Below the pieces are notes generated by a model. It had not been told where the DNA came from. It was given only the letters and a program-made list of their open reading frames with translations, and did no database searches. Shown here in pieces: positions 45,203 through 53,758 of a stretch of DNA of 64,000 nucleotides (position 1 is the stretch's first letter; the number at the start of each line of letters is the position of its first letter). Source of the DNA: Thiobacillus sp. Lineage in GTDB: Bacteria; Pseudomonadota; Gammaproteobacteria; Burkholderiales; Thiobacillaceae. The translations under genes and the position numbers were made by a program. Where the stretch lies: assembly GCA_024708885.1 (NCBI GenBank), contig JANJXT010000046.1, positions 28,436 through 92,435 on the forward strand. The letters are read 5' to 3'.

Positions 45203-45243
45203 CTCCCCTTCCCCTCGAGGGGGAGGAGCCGGGGGAGAGGGTG
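45203..45243. repeat. BoxC-like C-rich/G-rich intergenic repeat
   Basis: CTCCCCTTCCCCTCGAGGGGGAGGAGCCGGGGGAGAGGGTG: hairpin plus G-rich tail. Confidence 0.5.
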
Positions 45244-45768
45244 ACCACCTTGCAGAACACTGACGACAGGAATCGCGGCACGCCACGCGTCAGCATCATC
45301 GCGGCGCTCGCAAGGAATCGCGTCATCGGCATCGAAAACCGCCTGCCGTGGCGGCTGCCGGAAGACCTTGCCCACTTCAAGGCCCTCACCCTCGGTCATC
45401 CCGTCCTCATGGGGCGCAAGACCTTCGAGTCGCTGGGGCGTCCGCTGCCCGGGCGCACCAACGTCGTCATCACGCGCAACCGCGGCTATCGCCCGGAAAA
45501 CTGCCTCGTGGCCGAGTCGATTCCCGCCGCGCTCGCGCTGTGCCGCAACGATGACGAAGCCTTCTTCATCGGTGGTGCCGAGCTTTACGCGCAGGTCATT
45601 CCCCTCGCCGACCGGCTGTATCTCACCGAAGTCGATATCGACGCGCTCGGCGACGCCTGGTTTCCCGAGTACGACCGCGGTGCGTTTCGTGAAATGTCGC
45701 GTGAATCACACCTGGGCGCGAAGGGCGACCCGCTTCACTTCGATTTCGTGGTTTATGTGCGTGCGTAG
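45241..45768 (+). CDS. folA: Dihydrofolate reductase
   Basis: SIIAALARNRVIG, LPWRLPEDLAHFK, MGRKTFES, PLPGR, IGGAELY; start codon uncertain (GTG 45241). Confidence 0.93.
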   Translation: MTTLQNTDDRNRGTPRVSIIAALARNRVIGIENRLPWRLPEDLAHFKALTLGHPVLMGRKTFESLGRPLPGRTNVVITRNRGYRPENCLVAESIPAALALCRNDDEAFFIGGAELYAQVIPLADRLYLTEVDIDALGDAWFPEYDRGAFREMSRESHLGAKGDPLHFDFVVYVRA

Positions 45769-45971
45769 AAGGAACTGTTTTGTTCCGTCAGCGCGAGGCG
45801 TGAAGCAGCGTGGCGATCCAGGCGGTGTCGGTCGGCAAGGGACGTGCGGGGTGTTTGTTTCCCCCGGTTGGGGCGCTCGCCGGGACGGCGGCAACGGATT
45901 GGCTCGGCATCTTCGCGCAGCATTCGCATAGGCGAAATCAACGGGATGCAGGGCAGGCGCTGATTCGGCAA

Positions 45972-45992
45972 GTCGGACTGAAGTCCGCCTGC
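45972..45992 (-). repeat. GTAG-type REP-like palindrome
   Basis: Minus strand GCAGGCGGACTTCAGTCCGAC, similar to 30490-30509. Confidence 0.45.
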
Positions 45993-46019
45993 GGCCTGTT
46001 TGACAATATGGAGCGGAAC

Positions 46020-47249
46020 ATGAGCCCTGTCACCATCATCGGTGGCGGTCCGGCCGGACTGATGGCGGCGGAACGTCTCGTACAGGCGGGGGTCGCGGTC
46101 GACGTCTACGATGCAATGCCCTCGCTGGGGCGCAAGTTCCTGCTGGCGGGGGTGGGTGGACTGAACATTACCCATGCCGAGCCGTTCGAAGCCTTTGTCT
46201 CGCGCTACGGCGCGCGCGCCGGCGTAATCCGCCCGCTGCTCGAAAAATTTTCGCCGGATGCGCTGCGTGCCTGGGTGCATGCGCTGGGCATCGAAACGTT
46301 TGTCGGCTCGTCGGGACGCGTGTTTCCCGCAGGCATGAAGGCCGCGCCGCTGTTGCGCGCCTGGCTGCACCGGCTGCGGCAGGCGGGGGTGCGCTTTCAC
46401 GTGCGGCACCGCTGGACGGGATGGGACGGGAGCGGCGCATTGCGCTTTGCCACGCCCGCGGGTGAACGGCTCGTGCACGCTGAAGCGACGGTGCTGGCGC
46501 TGGGCGGCGCGAGCTGGCCGAAACTGGGCTCGGACGGCGCCTGGGTGCCATGGCTGACGGCCCGCGGCGTCGACCTCGCACCACTCGTGCCGGCCAACAG
46601 CGGTTTCGACGTCGCCGGCGGCTGGAGCGCGCATCTGCGAAGCCGTTTCGCTGGCCAGCCGCTGAAGACCGTCGCGCTCGGCTTCACCGATGCCGCCGGC
46701 AGGCAGCACGAACGCCGCGGTGAACTGATGGTGTCGGATACCGGTATCGAGGGCGGCCTGGTGTACGCCGTGTCGGCGGCGCTGCGCGACACCATCGCCG
46801 CACAGGGGGCAGTGACGGTGCGGCTCGACCTGCTGCCCGACTGGCCGCCGGCACGCGTCGCCGCCGCAGTGGCGCATCCGCGTGGCGCCCGTTCGCTGTC
46901 GAGCCATCTGCAGAGCCGCCTCGGTATCCGCGGCGTGAAAATGGCGCTGTTGCGCGAACTCCTCACGCCCGACGAACTCAAGGATGCGGCGAAACTCGCT
47001 CAGGCGATGCAATCGCTGCCGCTGCTCCTGTCGGCGCCGCGTCCCATCGCGGAGGCGATCAGCAGCGCCGGAGGGATCCGCTTCGAGGCGCTCGACCAGA
47101 ACCTGATGCTGCGTGATCTGCCCGGCGTGTTCGTCGCCGGCGAGATGCTCGACTGGGAAGCGCCCACCGGCGGCTATCTATTGAGCGCGTGCTTTGCCAG
47201 CGGATACGCGGCGGGGCAGGGAACGCTGGCGTATGCGCGCGGTGAATAG
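46020..47249 (+). CDS. HI0933/YhiN-like NAD(P)/FAD flavoprotein
   Basis: IIGGGPAGL, GRKFLLAG.GGLNITH, GSSGRVFP, GEMLDWEAPTGGYLL. Confidence 0.9.
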   Translation: MSPVTIIGGGPAGLMAAERLVQAGVAVDVYDAMPSLGRKFLLAGVGGLNITHAEPFEAFVSRYGARAGVIRPLLEKFSPDALRAWVHALGIETFVGSSGRVFPAGMKAAPLLRAWLHRLRQAGVRFHVRHRWTGWDGSGALRFATPAGERLVHAEATVLALGGASWPKLGSDGAWVPWLTARGVDLAPLVPANSGFDVAGGWSAHLRSRFAGQPLKTVALGFTDAAGRQHERRGELMVSDTGIEGGLVYAVSAALRDTIAAQGAVTVRLDLLPDWPPARVAAAVAHPRGARSLSSHLQSRLGIRGVKMALLRELLTPDELKDAAKLAQAMQSLPLLLSAPRPIAEAISSAGGIRFEALDQNLMLRDLPGVFVAGEMLDWEAPTGGYLLSACFASGYAAGQGTLAYARGE

Positions 47250-47329
47250 CCCGTAATCACGGCGGCGCGCGCCGCTCTACAATACGGCTCCCCGCGCACT
47301 CCGATTCAATCCCAGGCGATTCCATACCC

Positions 47330-48979
47330 ATGCTGCGACTGACCGAAATCAAGCTGCCCCTGGACCATGCGCCGGACGCGCTGCGCGCGGCGATCGTGCG
47401 GCGGCTGGGGGTTCGGGACGAGGACGTGCTGGAGGTGCGCATCTTTCGGCGCGGCTACGACGCGCGCAAGAAGCACGCGCTGTTGCTGGTGTATACGGTC
47501 GACGTCGCGCTGCGGAACGAGGCGGCGCTGCTGAATGAATTCCGCAACGACAAGCACGTCGCGCCGACGCCGGACATGGCCTACCAATTCGTCGGCCACG
47601 CGCCGGAAGGGCTCGCTGAGCGCCCCGTCGTCGTCGGCTTCGGCCCGTGCGGCATCTTCGCCGCGCTGGTCCTGGCGCAGATGGGCTTCAGGCCGATCGT
47701 GCTGGAGCGTGGCAAGGCGGTGCGCGAGCGCACCCAGGACACCTGGGGACTGTGGCGCCGCAAGGTGCTGAATCCCGAATCCAACGTGCAGTTCGGCGAG
47801 GGCGGGGCGGGTACGTTTTCCGACGGCAAGCTGCACAGCCAGATCAAGGACCGGCGCCACCTCGGGCGCAAGGTGCTGACCGAGTTCGTCAAGGCGGGGG
47901 CGCCGCCGGAGATTCTGTACGTGTCGAAGCCGCACGTCGGCACGTTCCGCCTGGTGACGATGGTGGAAAACATGCGCCACGAAATCGAGCGGCTGGGTGG
48001 CGAGATCCGCTTCCAGCAGCGCGTTGCCGACGTACTGATCGAGGACGCTCGCATCGCGGGTGTGGCGCTCGCAAGCGGTGAGGTGGTGAAGAGCCATCAC
48101 GTCGTGCTGGCGTTGGGCCACAGCGCGCGCGACACCTTCGAGATGCTGCACGCCCGCGGCGTGCACCTGGAGGCGAAGCCGTTCGCCGTCGGCTTCCGCA
48201 TCGAGCATCCACAGTCGCTGATCGACCGCGCGCGGCTGGGAACGAACGCCGGCAACCCGATGCTCGGGGCGGCCGACTACAGGCTTGTACACCACGCGAA
48301 GAACGGACGTGCGGTATACAGCTTCTGCATGTGCCCGGGCGGCACCGTGGTCGCCGCGACGTCCGAGACGGGATGCGTGGTGACCAACGGCATGAGCCAG
48401 TATTCGCGCAACGAACGCAACGCCAACGCGGGCATCGTCGTCGGCATCATGCCGGAGGACTTTCCCGGCGGCGACCCGCTTGCGGGCATGCGGCTGCAAC
48501 GCGAATTCGAGGCACGTGCGTTCGAGCTGGGTGGCGGCGATTACCGCGCACCGGCGCAGCTCGTCGGCGATTTCCTGGACGGCAAGTCCTCGCAGGCACT
48601 CGGCAGTGTCGAACCGTCGTACAAGCCCGGCGTGCATCTCACCGACCTTGCAACGGCCCTGCCCGGGTATGCGATCGAAGCGATCCGCGAGGCGCTGCCC
48701 GCGTTCGACAGGCAGATCCGGGGTTTTGCGATGAAGGACGCGGTGCTCACCGGCGTCGAGACGCGCACCTCGTCGCCGGTGCGCATCACCCGCGGCGACG
48801 ATTTCCAGAGCGCCAACGTCCGCGGCTTGTATCCGGCGGGCGAGGGCGCGGGCTATGCCGGCGGGATCCTTTCGGCGGGTGTGGACGGCATCAAGGTCGC
48901 CGAGGCGGTGGCGCGCGACATGCTGGGGCTCGAAGCGGCCAAGTCGGGCGCCCGTTCTGGGCCGAGCTGCGACTACTGA
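47330..48979 (+). CDS. FAD-dependent oxidoreductase (COG2509-like)
   Basis: VVGFGPCG, FGEGGAGTFSDGKL, FCMCPGG, ETRTSSP, GEGAGYAGGI. Confidence 0.9.
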   Translation: MLRLTEIKLPLDHAPDALRAAIVRRLGVRDEDVLEVRIFRRGYDARKKHALLLVYTVDVALRNEAALLNEFRNDKHVAPTPDMAYQFVGHAPEGLAERPVVVGFGPCGIFAALVLAQMGFRPIVLERGKAVRERTQDTWGLWRRKVLNPESNVQFGEGGAGTFSDGKLHSQIKDRRHLGRKVLTEFVKAGAPPEILYVSKPHVGTFRLVTMVENMRHEIERLGGEIRFQQRVADVLIEDARIAGVALASGEVVKSHHVVLALGHSARDTFEMLHARGVHLEAKPFAVGFRIEHPQSLIDRARLGTNAGNPMLGAADYRLVHHAKNGRAVYSFCMCPGGTVVAATSETGCVVTNGMSQYSRNERNANAGIVVGIMPEDFPGGDPLAGMRLQREFEARAFELGGGDYRAPAQLVGDFLDGKSSQALGSVEPSYKPGVHLTDLATALPGYAIEAIREALPAFDRQIRGFAMKDAVLTGVETRTSSPVRITRGDDFQSANVRGLYPAGEGAGYAGGILSAGVDGIKVAEAVARDMLGLEAAKSGARSGPSCDY

Positions 48980-49043
48980 GATGCGTTCGTGAGGTCCCGC
49001 GGCTCCGCGGGCGGTCACAAAAATTTCATTTGCTTTCGTTTCT

Positions 49044-49067
49044 ATATTTCCATATTATTTGAAATAT
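49044..49067. promoter_or_regulatory. Putative ArsR operator overlapping the arsR start
   Basis: ATATTTC-N10-GAAATAT inverted repeat. Confidence 0.65.
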
Positions 49068-49413
49068 GGAAGCTAAAGCTGCTGTCTCCGCCCTTGCTGC
49101 CCTGGCCCAGGATTCCCGGCTGGCGGTGTTCCGTGTGCTGGTCCAGGCCGGACCGGCCGGGCTCGCCGCCGGCAAGATCGGCGAGCTCGCCGGCATCCCG
49201 CCGTCCTCGCTGTCCTTCCACCTGAAGGAGTTGGCGCACGCCGGCATGGTGGACTCGCGGCAGGCCGGGCGCTTCGTCATCTACACCGCGAATTTCTCGA
49301 CCATGAATGCGCTGCTCGGTTTTCTCACCGAAAACTGCTGCGGTGGAAATCCCTGCTCGCCCGTGTGCGCGCCGGCGTGCGAAACCGAGCCCGCCACGAA
49401 AGGACGCTCGTGA
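49066..49413 (+). CDS. arsR: ArsR family arsenic-responsive repressor
   Basis: LAQDSRLAVFRVL, LSFHLKEL, C-terminal ENCCGGNPC. Confidence 0.92.
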   Translation: MEAKAAVSALAALAQDSRLAVFRVLVQAGPAGLAAGKIGELAGIPPSSLSFHLKELAHAGMVDSRQAGRFVIYTANFSTMNALLGFLTENCCGGNPCSPVCAPACETEPATKGRS

Positions 49414-49835
49414 ATCGACCCTACACCGTGCTGGTGTTGTGCACCGGCAACTCCTGCCGCTCGCAGATGGCCGAAGTGCTGTTGAACCACGACCTCGCCG
49501 GCCAGGTGCGCACGCTGTCTGCCGGCACCCGGCCGCAGCCGAAGGTGGCCGACGGCGCGATCGCGGCGCTGAAGGATGCGGGTCTGAACACCGACGGCCT
49601 GCATCCGAAGGGCATCGACGCGGTGATGGATGAGGCCATCGACCTGGTGGTCACGGTGTGCGACAACGCCAGGGAAGCCTGCCCGATCTTCCCCAGGCCG
49701 ATCCCGGCGATCCACCTGCCGTTCCACGATCCGCACGGCGAGCCGCTGGAAAGCTTCCTCGCGGCGCGCGACGACATCCGTACCCGGCTGGTCGCCGCGG
49801 TGCGGGAGAAGCTCGGCCTCAAGACTGCCGCGTGA
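49410..49835 (+). CDS. arsC: Arsenate reductase (LMW-PTP/thioredoxin type)
   Basis: CTGNSCRSQMAE P-loop, TVCDNAREACP, HLPFHDP; GTGA overlap. Confidence 0.88.
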   Translation: MNRPYTVLVLCTGNSCRSQMAEVLLNHDLAGQVRTLSAGTRPQPKVADGAIAALKDAGLNTDGLHPKGIDAVMDEAIDLVVTVCDNAREACPIFPRPIPAIHLPFHDPHGEPLESFLAARDDIRTRLVAAVREKLGLKTAA

Positions 49836-49853
49836 CCGGAAGGGGACGAAGCG

Positions 49854-50107
49854 ATGACCGCACAGTGTGAAGTCACGGCCCCCTCGGCCACCTGTCCATC
49901 CTCGCGCTGCTGGCCACGCTGGTGCTGCTGTTCGCGTTCCAGGGCGAGGCGATCCTCGCGCAGCCGCTCGTCATCGCGCTGCTGGCGGTGAGGCTCGTCA
50001 ACCGCAGCAAGGGGTGGTACGAGAAAGGTGCGCTTGCGGCTGCAGGAACGGCTGCGAGCGGGGAATTTTTCCGCCGCGGACGCGGCGACATTGACCAAGG
50101 AGCTTGA
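49854..50107 (+). pseudogene. acr3: ACR3 arsenite efflux permease remnant with large internal deletions and a frameshift
   Basis: MTAQCEVTA N-terminus, then out of frame SILALLATLVLLFAFQGEAILAQPLVIALLAV joined directly to C-terminal RLVNRSKGWYE. Confidence 0.8.
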
Positions 50108-50108
50108 T

Positions 50109-50918
50109 ATGAGTGCAAACGAACACGACCAGATCCGCCGGCAGGTACGCGATGCCTACGGTGCCGTGGCGCGGGCCGAATCCCCCGGGGGCTGCTGCGC
50201 GCCGAGCGCCGGCTGCTGCACGCCTGCCGACAAGGATGTCGCCGAATTGCTGTCGCGCGGCATCGGCTACAGCGCCGAGGAGATGGCAGTCGTCCCCGAA
50301 GGCGCCAACCTCGGCCTCGGCTGCGGCAACCCGCAGGCGATCGCCGCGCTGGGGCCCGGCGAGACCGTGCTCGACCTCGGCAGCGGCGCCGGCTTCGATG
50401 CGTTCCTCGCCGCGCGCCAGGTCGGTGCGGCGGGCCGCGTCATCGGCGTTGACATGACCCCCGACATGGTTTCCAAGGCACGCGCCAACGCCGCCAAGGG
50501 CGGGTACGTGAACGTCGACTTCCGCCTCGGCGAGATCGAGCGCCTTCCGGTCGCCGACGCGACGGTCGACGTCATCATTTCCAACTGCGTCGTCAACCTG
50601 TCGCCGGACAAGGCGCAGGTGTTCCGTGACGCCTTCCGCGTGCTGAAGCCGGGCGGCCGTCTGGCGATTTCCGACATCGTCATGACCGCCCCGCTGCCGC
50701 CCGACATGCGGCAGGAGATCGCGCTCTACACCGCATGTATCGCCGGTGCCGCCAGCGTCGACGAACTCGCCGCGATGCTCGGGGCGGCCGGCTTCGCCGA
50801 CATCCGCATCGCGCCCAAGGACGCCAGCCGCGAGTTCCTCCGCCAGTGGGCGCCGGGGCGGGGCGTCGAGGACTGCATTGCGTCGGCGACGATCGAGGCC
50901 GTCAGGCCCGCCCACTGA
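50109..50918 (+). CDS. arsM: Arsenite S-adenosylmethionine methyltransferase
   Basis: NLGLGCGNP, LDLGSGAGFD, ISNCVVNLSPDK, CIAGA; N-terminal CC motifs. Confidence 0.92.
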   Translation: MSANEHDQIRRQVRDAYGAVARAESPGGCCAPSAGCCTPADKDVAELLSRGIGYSAEEMAVVPEGANLGLGCGNPQAIAALGPGETVLDLGSGAGFDAFLAARQVGAAGRVIGVDMTPDMVSKARANAAKGGYVNVDFRLGEIERLPVADATVDVIISNCVVNLSPDKAQVFRDAFRVLKPGGRLAISDIVMTAPLPPDMRQEIALYTACIAGAASVDELAAMLGAAGFADIRIAPKDASREFLRQWAPGRGVEDCIASATIEAVRPAH

Positions 50919-51081
50919 AACACCGTGCAGGACATCAGGGCGCTCGACGCGGCTGCGCCAACTGCGCGCCAGGCTGAGTTGATCGAGGCCGTCGCACAGG
51001 CGCGGGCATTTCGCGGCACGCGCCGCATACCGGCGGTGCGCCGACTATGATACAAACGTAAATCATTTTCAGGAGATCGCC

Positions 51082-51981
51082 ATGTCGAGCATCCAGCGCG
51101 TCCTCGTCGCAACCGATTTCTCGCCCGCGGCCGACCGCGCGGTCCGGCGCGCGGCGCACATCGCCCGGCAGCAGCATGCAGTGCTGCACCTGCTGCATGT
51201 GGTGCGTCCGCTCGACCTCTACCCCGGCATCGCGCTGGATGCGGAGACGCTGGGCCGCCACGAGCTGGCGGTGCAGGAAGCCGGGAAAACCCGCCTCGAC
51301 GACCAGGCGGACGAGATCGTGAGCAGCTTCGACATTCGCGTCGAAACGGCGAGCCGGATCGGTCGTCCACACAATGAAATCGCCGAGCATGCGATGGCGA
51401 CCGGGGCCGATCTCGTGGTGGTCGGTGCGCGCGGCGAGAATTCGCTGCTGGATCTGCTGCTGGGCTCGACGGCGTCGCGGCTGGTGCGTCTGGCCGCCTC
51501 TCCCGTGCTGCTGGTGCGCAAACCGGGCGACGGACCTTACCGCAAGATCCTGGCCGCAGTGGATTTTTCGCCGGTGTCGGTCGAGGTGGTGCGCCATGCG
51601 CTCGCCCTCGCGGGCGGTGCGCAGATGGACGTGCTGCACGTGCTTGGGAGCGAGGTGGAACGTCACCTGCGCAAGGCGAAGCTCGCCGGCATCGACGTCA
51701 ATGAGTGGCTTGATCGTCAGCGCACCGAGGCCGCACGCCAGATGGATGCGCTGCTCGCATCGCTCGACGGCGGAGCGGCTGCCGGTCGCCGCTTCCTGCC
51801 GGGCCTCGCCTCCGCCGCAATCTGCCAGGATATCGAGGCCAACGGCATCGATCTCGCTGTCCTCGGCCGGCATGGCTACGGGGGCGGGCTGCAGGACTGG
51901 ATGCTCGGCAGCGTGAGCAAGGACGTGGCGTTCTCGACGGCGTGTGACGTGCTGCTGGTCAATCCGGAAAAGCCGGCCTGA
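51082..51981 (+). CDS. Tandem-domain universal stress protein
   Basis: LVATDFS..VVGARG..LGSTA and ILAAVDFS..LGRHG..LGSVS. Confidence 0.92.
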   Translation: MSSIQRVLVATDFSPAADRAVRRAAHIARQQHAVLHLLHVVRPLDLYPGIALDAETLGRHELAVQEAGKTRLDDQADEIVSSFDIRVETASRIGRPHNEIAEHAMATGADLVVVGARGENSLLDLLLGSTASRLVRLAASPVLLVRKPGDGPYRKILAAVDFSPVSVEVVRHALALAGGAQMDVLHVLGSEVERHLRKAKLAGIDVNEWLDRQRTEAARQMDALLASLDGGAAAGRRFLPGLASAAICQDIEANGIDLAVLGRHGYGGGLQDWMLGSVSKDVAFSTACDVLLVNPEKPA

Positions 51982-52028
51982 ACAAGGTGCGCCGCCGTGT
52001 TGCGCCCGGCGCGGGCCAGCCAAATGGA

Positions 52029-52051
52029 AACGCCGCTCGATGAGCGGCGTT
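52029..52051. terminator. Hairpin just outside the distal att copy (probable original tRNA-Thr/usp terminator)
   Basis: AACGCCGCTC-GAT-GAGCGGCGTT. Confidence 0.55.
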
Positions 52052-52055
52052 GGAA

Positions 52056-52102
52056 TGGTGCCGGCAAGAGGAGTCGAACCCCCGACCTTCGCATTACGAA
52101 TG
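52056..52102 (-). repeat. att site: 47-bp duplicate of the tRNA-Thr 3' portion
   Basis: TGGTGCCGGCAAGAGGAGTCGAACCCCCGACCTTCGCATTACGAATG identical to 59227-59273. Confidence 0.96.
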
Positions 52103-52108
52103 ACGTAA

Positions 52109-52121
52109 AATCAATAACTTA
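52109..52121 (+). promoter_or_regulatory. IHF consensus site beside att
   Basis: AATCAATAACTTA matches WATCAANNNNTTR exactly, 6 bp from the att core. Confidence 0.65.
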
Positions 52122-52217
52122 CAGAGAATTTCAACAATCAACAGTAACCGTTTCAACGCCTTACCCGGTTTTGATGATTGCAGACAATTGCTGAATTCTG
52201 GCGTTATTTGCTCGGTG

Positions 52218-52235
52218 GTGTGCCGCCAGTGTGCC
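52218..52235. repeat. Putative integrase arm-type site
   Basis: GTGTGCCGCCAGTGTGCC, identical copy at 59160-59177. Confidence 0.75.
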
Positions 52236-52278
52236 GCGCGATCCGCTGAGATATGCGTAGTGGCGCGCGGGCGCTTTT

Positions 52279-52533
52279 TCAATCATCAGCGCCACAGATC
52301 AACGACTCCAGTCCGGACACGCTGCCACCGATATTCATGTCGCGCGGCAGGAGCTTGGGATAGATATTCGCCCAAAAAATCCGTTCGTTTTCCGGCGCTT
52401 CACGCGCCCAGGCCAGCAGACGATCAGGGCCGCCGAGGTCGCTCGCAACCTTCAAGATGGCTTCGCGCACATCGCTGCTCAATTTGTTTGGCGAGCCGGG
52501 GCGGCGTCCGCCTGTTTTCTTTCCTAGTGCCAT
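52279..52533 (-). CDS. Small phage protein, terminase small subunit-like
   Basis: KKTGGRRPGSPNK..DVREAIL..GGPDRL..PKLLP pattern recalled from small proteins encoded before phage TerL; GGAG RBS. Confidence 0.5.
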   Translation of the reverse strand: MALGKKTGGRRPGSPNKLSSDVREAILKVASDLGGPDRLLAWAREAPENERIFWANIYPKLLPRDMNIGGSVSGLESLICGADD

Positions 52534-52548
52534 GTAAATCTCTCCGTT

Positions 52549-53313
52549 TTAGATTCGTGCCTTTGACAACTTGCCGGTGAGTCGCGCCTTCCTGCCAAGC
52601 CGCGCAAACGTCTCGACCACCTTGGGATGGTCGCCTCGGTTATTCAGCTCGAGCCACTTGGCACGGCGCGGGTCTTGAGCGATGAATGCCTGCGCGTCCC
52701 GGAGTACCTGGGCCGCCTCCTTGCCATAAGTGCGGTTCAGGTGATCGACCGACGCCTCGCGCCACGAAATAACCTGCTCTTGGCTCGGTTCGGCCTTGAA
52801 GGCTTCGCCAAGGTCGCGCAGCGTCTTCACGTCGGCCGAACTCATACCAAGGTCGGCGACCATCTCGCGCATCTCGCCGATCACGGCTACACGTACATGC
52901 TCGGGGATGTCTTTCGCGTCCGGGTCGCCGTCCCACATGTTGTCCGGCAGCACGTCCTTGAATGTCTCCTGCGGGCTGAACATGGTTCGGTCCTTGTCGG
53001 CCTTGCGCTCCGCGAGGATGTCGGCCGGGATGTCGATCTCCACCTTGGGATCTTCCTGCTTGCCAAACAGGATCGCGGCCTGCTCGTCATCAGTGCGCGG
53101 CTGGTGCGGCTCATCCTGTGCCGGCTCGGTGTCAGGCCCACCGAACAGACGCGCGGCAGGGTCATTGACGGGTGCGGCTGGCTTCGCTTCAGGCTTTGGG
53201 GTTGACGGGTAGAGACGTTCCGCCATCGCCGTGGCTTCGTCTGCGGGTGGCCGTGTGGCCGCTGGTTTCGGCGTGCCGTAGAGGCGTTCCGCCATCGTTG
53301 CGTCGTCAAGCAT
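52549..53313 (-). CDS. Podovirus-type capsid scaffold-like protein
   Basis: Pro/Ala/acidic N-half; helical C-half ending WLELNNRGDHPKVVETFARLGRK, resembling the L..TGLGNHP..V..F..IGK scaffold motif. Confidence 0.6.
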   Translation of the reverse strand: MLDDATMAERLYGTPKPAATRPPADEATAMAERLYPSTPKPEAKPAAPVNDPAARLFGGPDTEPAQDEPHQPRTDDEQAAILFGKQEDPKVEIDIPADILAERKADKDRTMFSPQETFKDVLPDNMWDGDPDAKDIPEHVRVAVIGEMREMVADLGMSSADVKTLRDLGEAFKAEPSQEQVISWREASVDHLNRTYGKEAAQVLRDAQAFIAQDPRRAKWLELNNRGDHPKVVETFARLGRKARLTGKLSKARI

Positions 53314-53315
53314 GG

Positions 53316-53756
53316 CTACACCCCGTCCGCCACGGCGACCCACTTGGCCGCGTCAGGCGTGAGGAAGGCATTGACTTTGCCCGCCGTGATGTCGCCCCCT
53401 GTACGGGTCAGCAGAAGGCCGAGATAGTCTTCATACTGGCCGGGCGGAATTTCGACGCAGAGCAGCACCGTACCGGCAGGAATGGCCGAGGCGCCAGTCA
53501 CCCAGGCCCGGCCAGTAGCGTGGCGCGTGGCGCTGCCGTCAGTGGCGATTGCTCCCTGTGCATCGGACACCAGCGAGAGCGCCAGCGTGCCGGCAGAAGC
53601 GCCCACAATGGCCTCGGAAACCTGCACCACGAGGAAGAGGCCGCATGACGCGGAGATACCGCCCGCCCGCCCGATGTTGTCGCCAAGCTGCACAGTGCCA
53701 GCACCGCCGGTCACCGACACGTTGTCTGCAATTTCGTTGAGTTCGTCCAGGATCAT
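53316..53756 (-). CDS. Capsid cement/decoration protein, Bbp16-like
   Basis: 146 aa, MILD start, beta-rich body (LFLVVQV, LALSLVSD), YEDYLGL and C-terminal AFLT..W.A.ADGV; GGAGG RBS. Confidence 0.65.
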   Translation of the reverse strand: MILDELNEIADNVSVTGGAGTVQLGDNIGRAGGISASCGLFLVVQVSEAIVGASAGTLALSLVSDAQGAIATDGSATRHATGRAWVTGASAIPAGTVLLCVEIPPGQYEDYLGLLLTRTGGDITAGKVNAFLTPDAAKWVAVADGV

Positions 53757-53758
53757 TT

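Noticed and set aside
49922-50107. Independent 61-aa membrane protein
   Set aside because: The sequence is a fusion of internal and C-terminal ACR3 fragments lacking its own RBS; treated as a pseudogene
52056-52102. Second functional tRNA-Thr gene
   Set aside because: Only the 3' 47 nt are present; the D-arm and 5' acceptor strand are missing, so it is an att repeat
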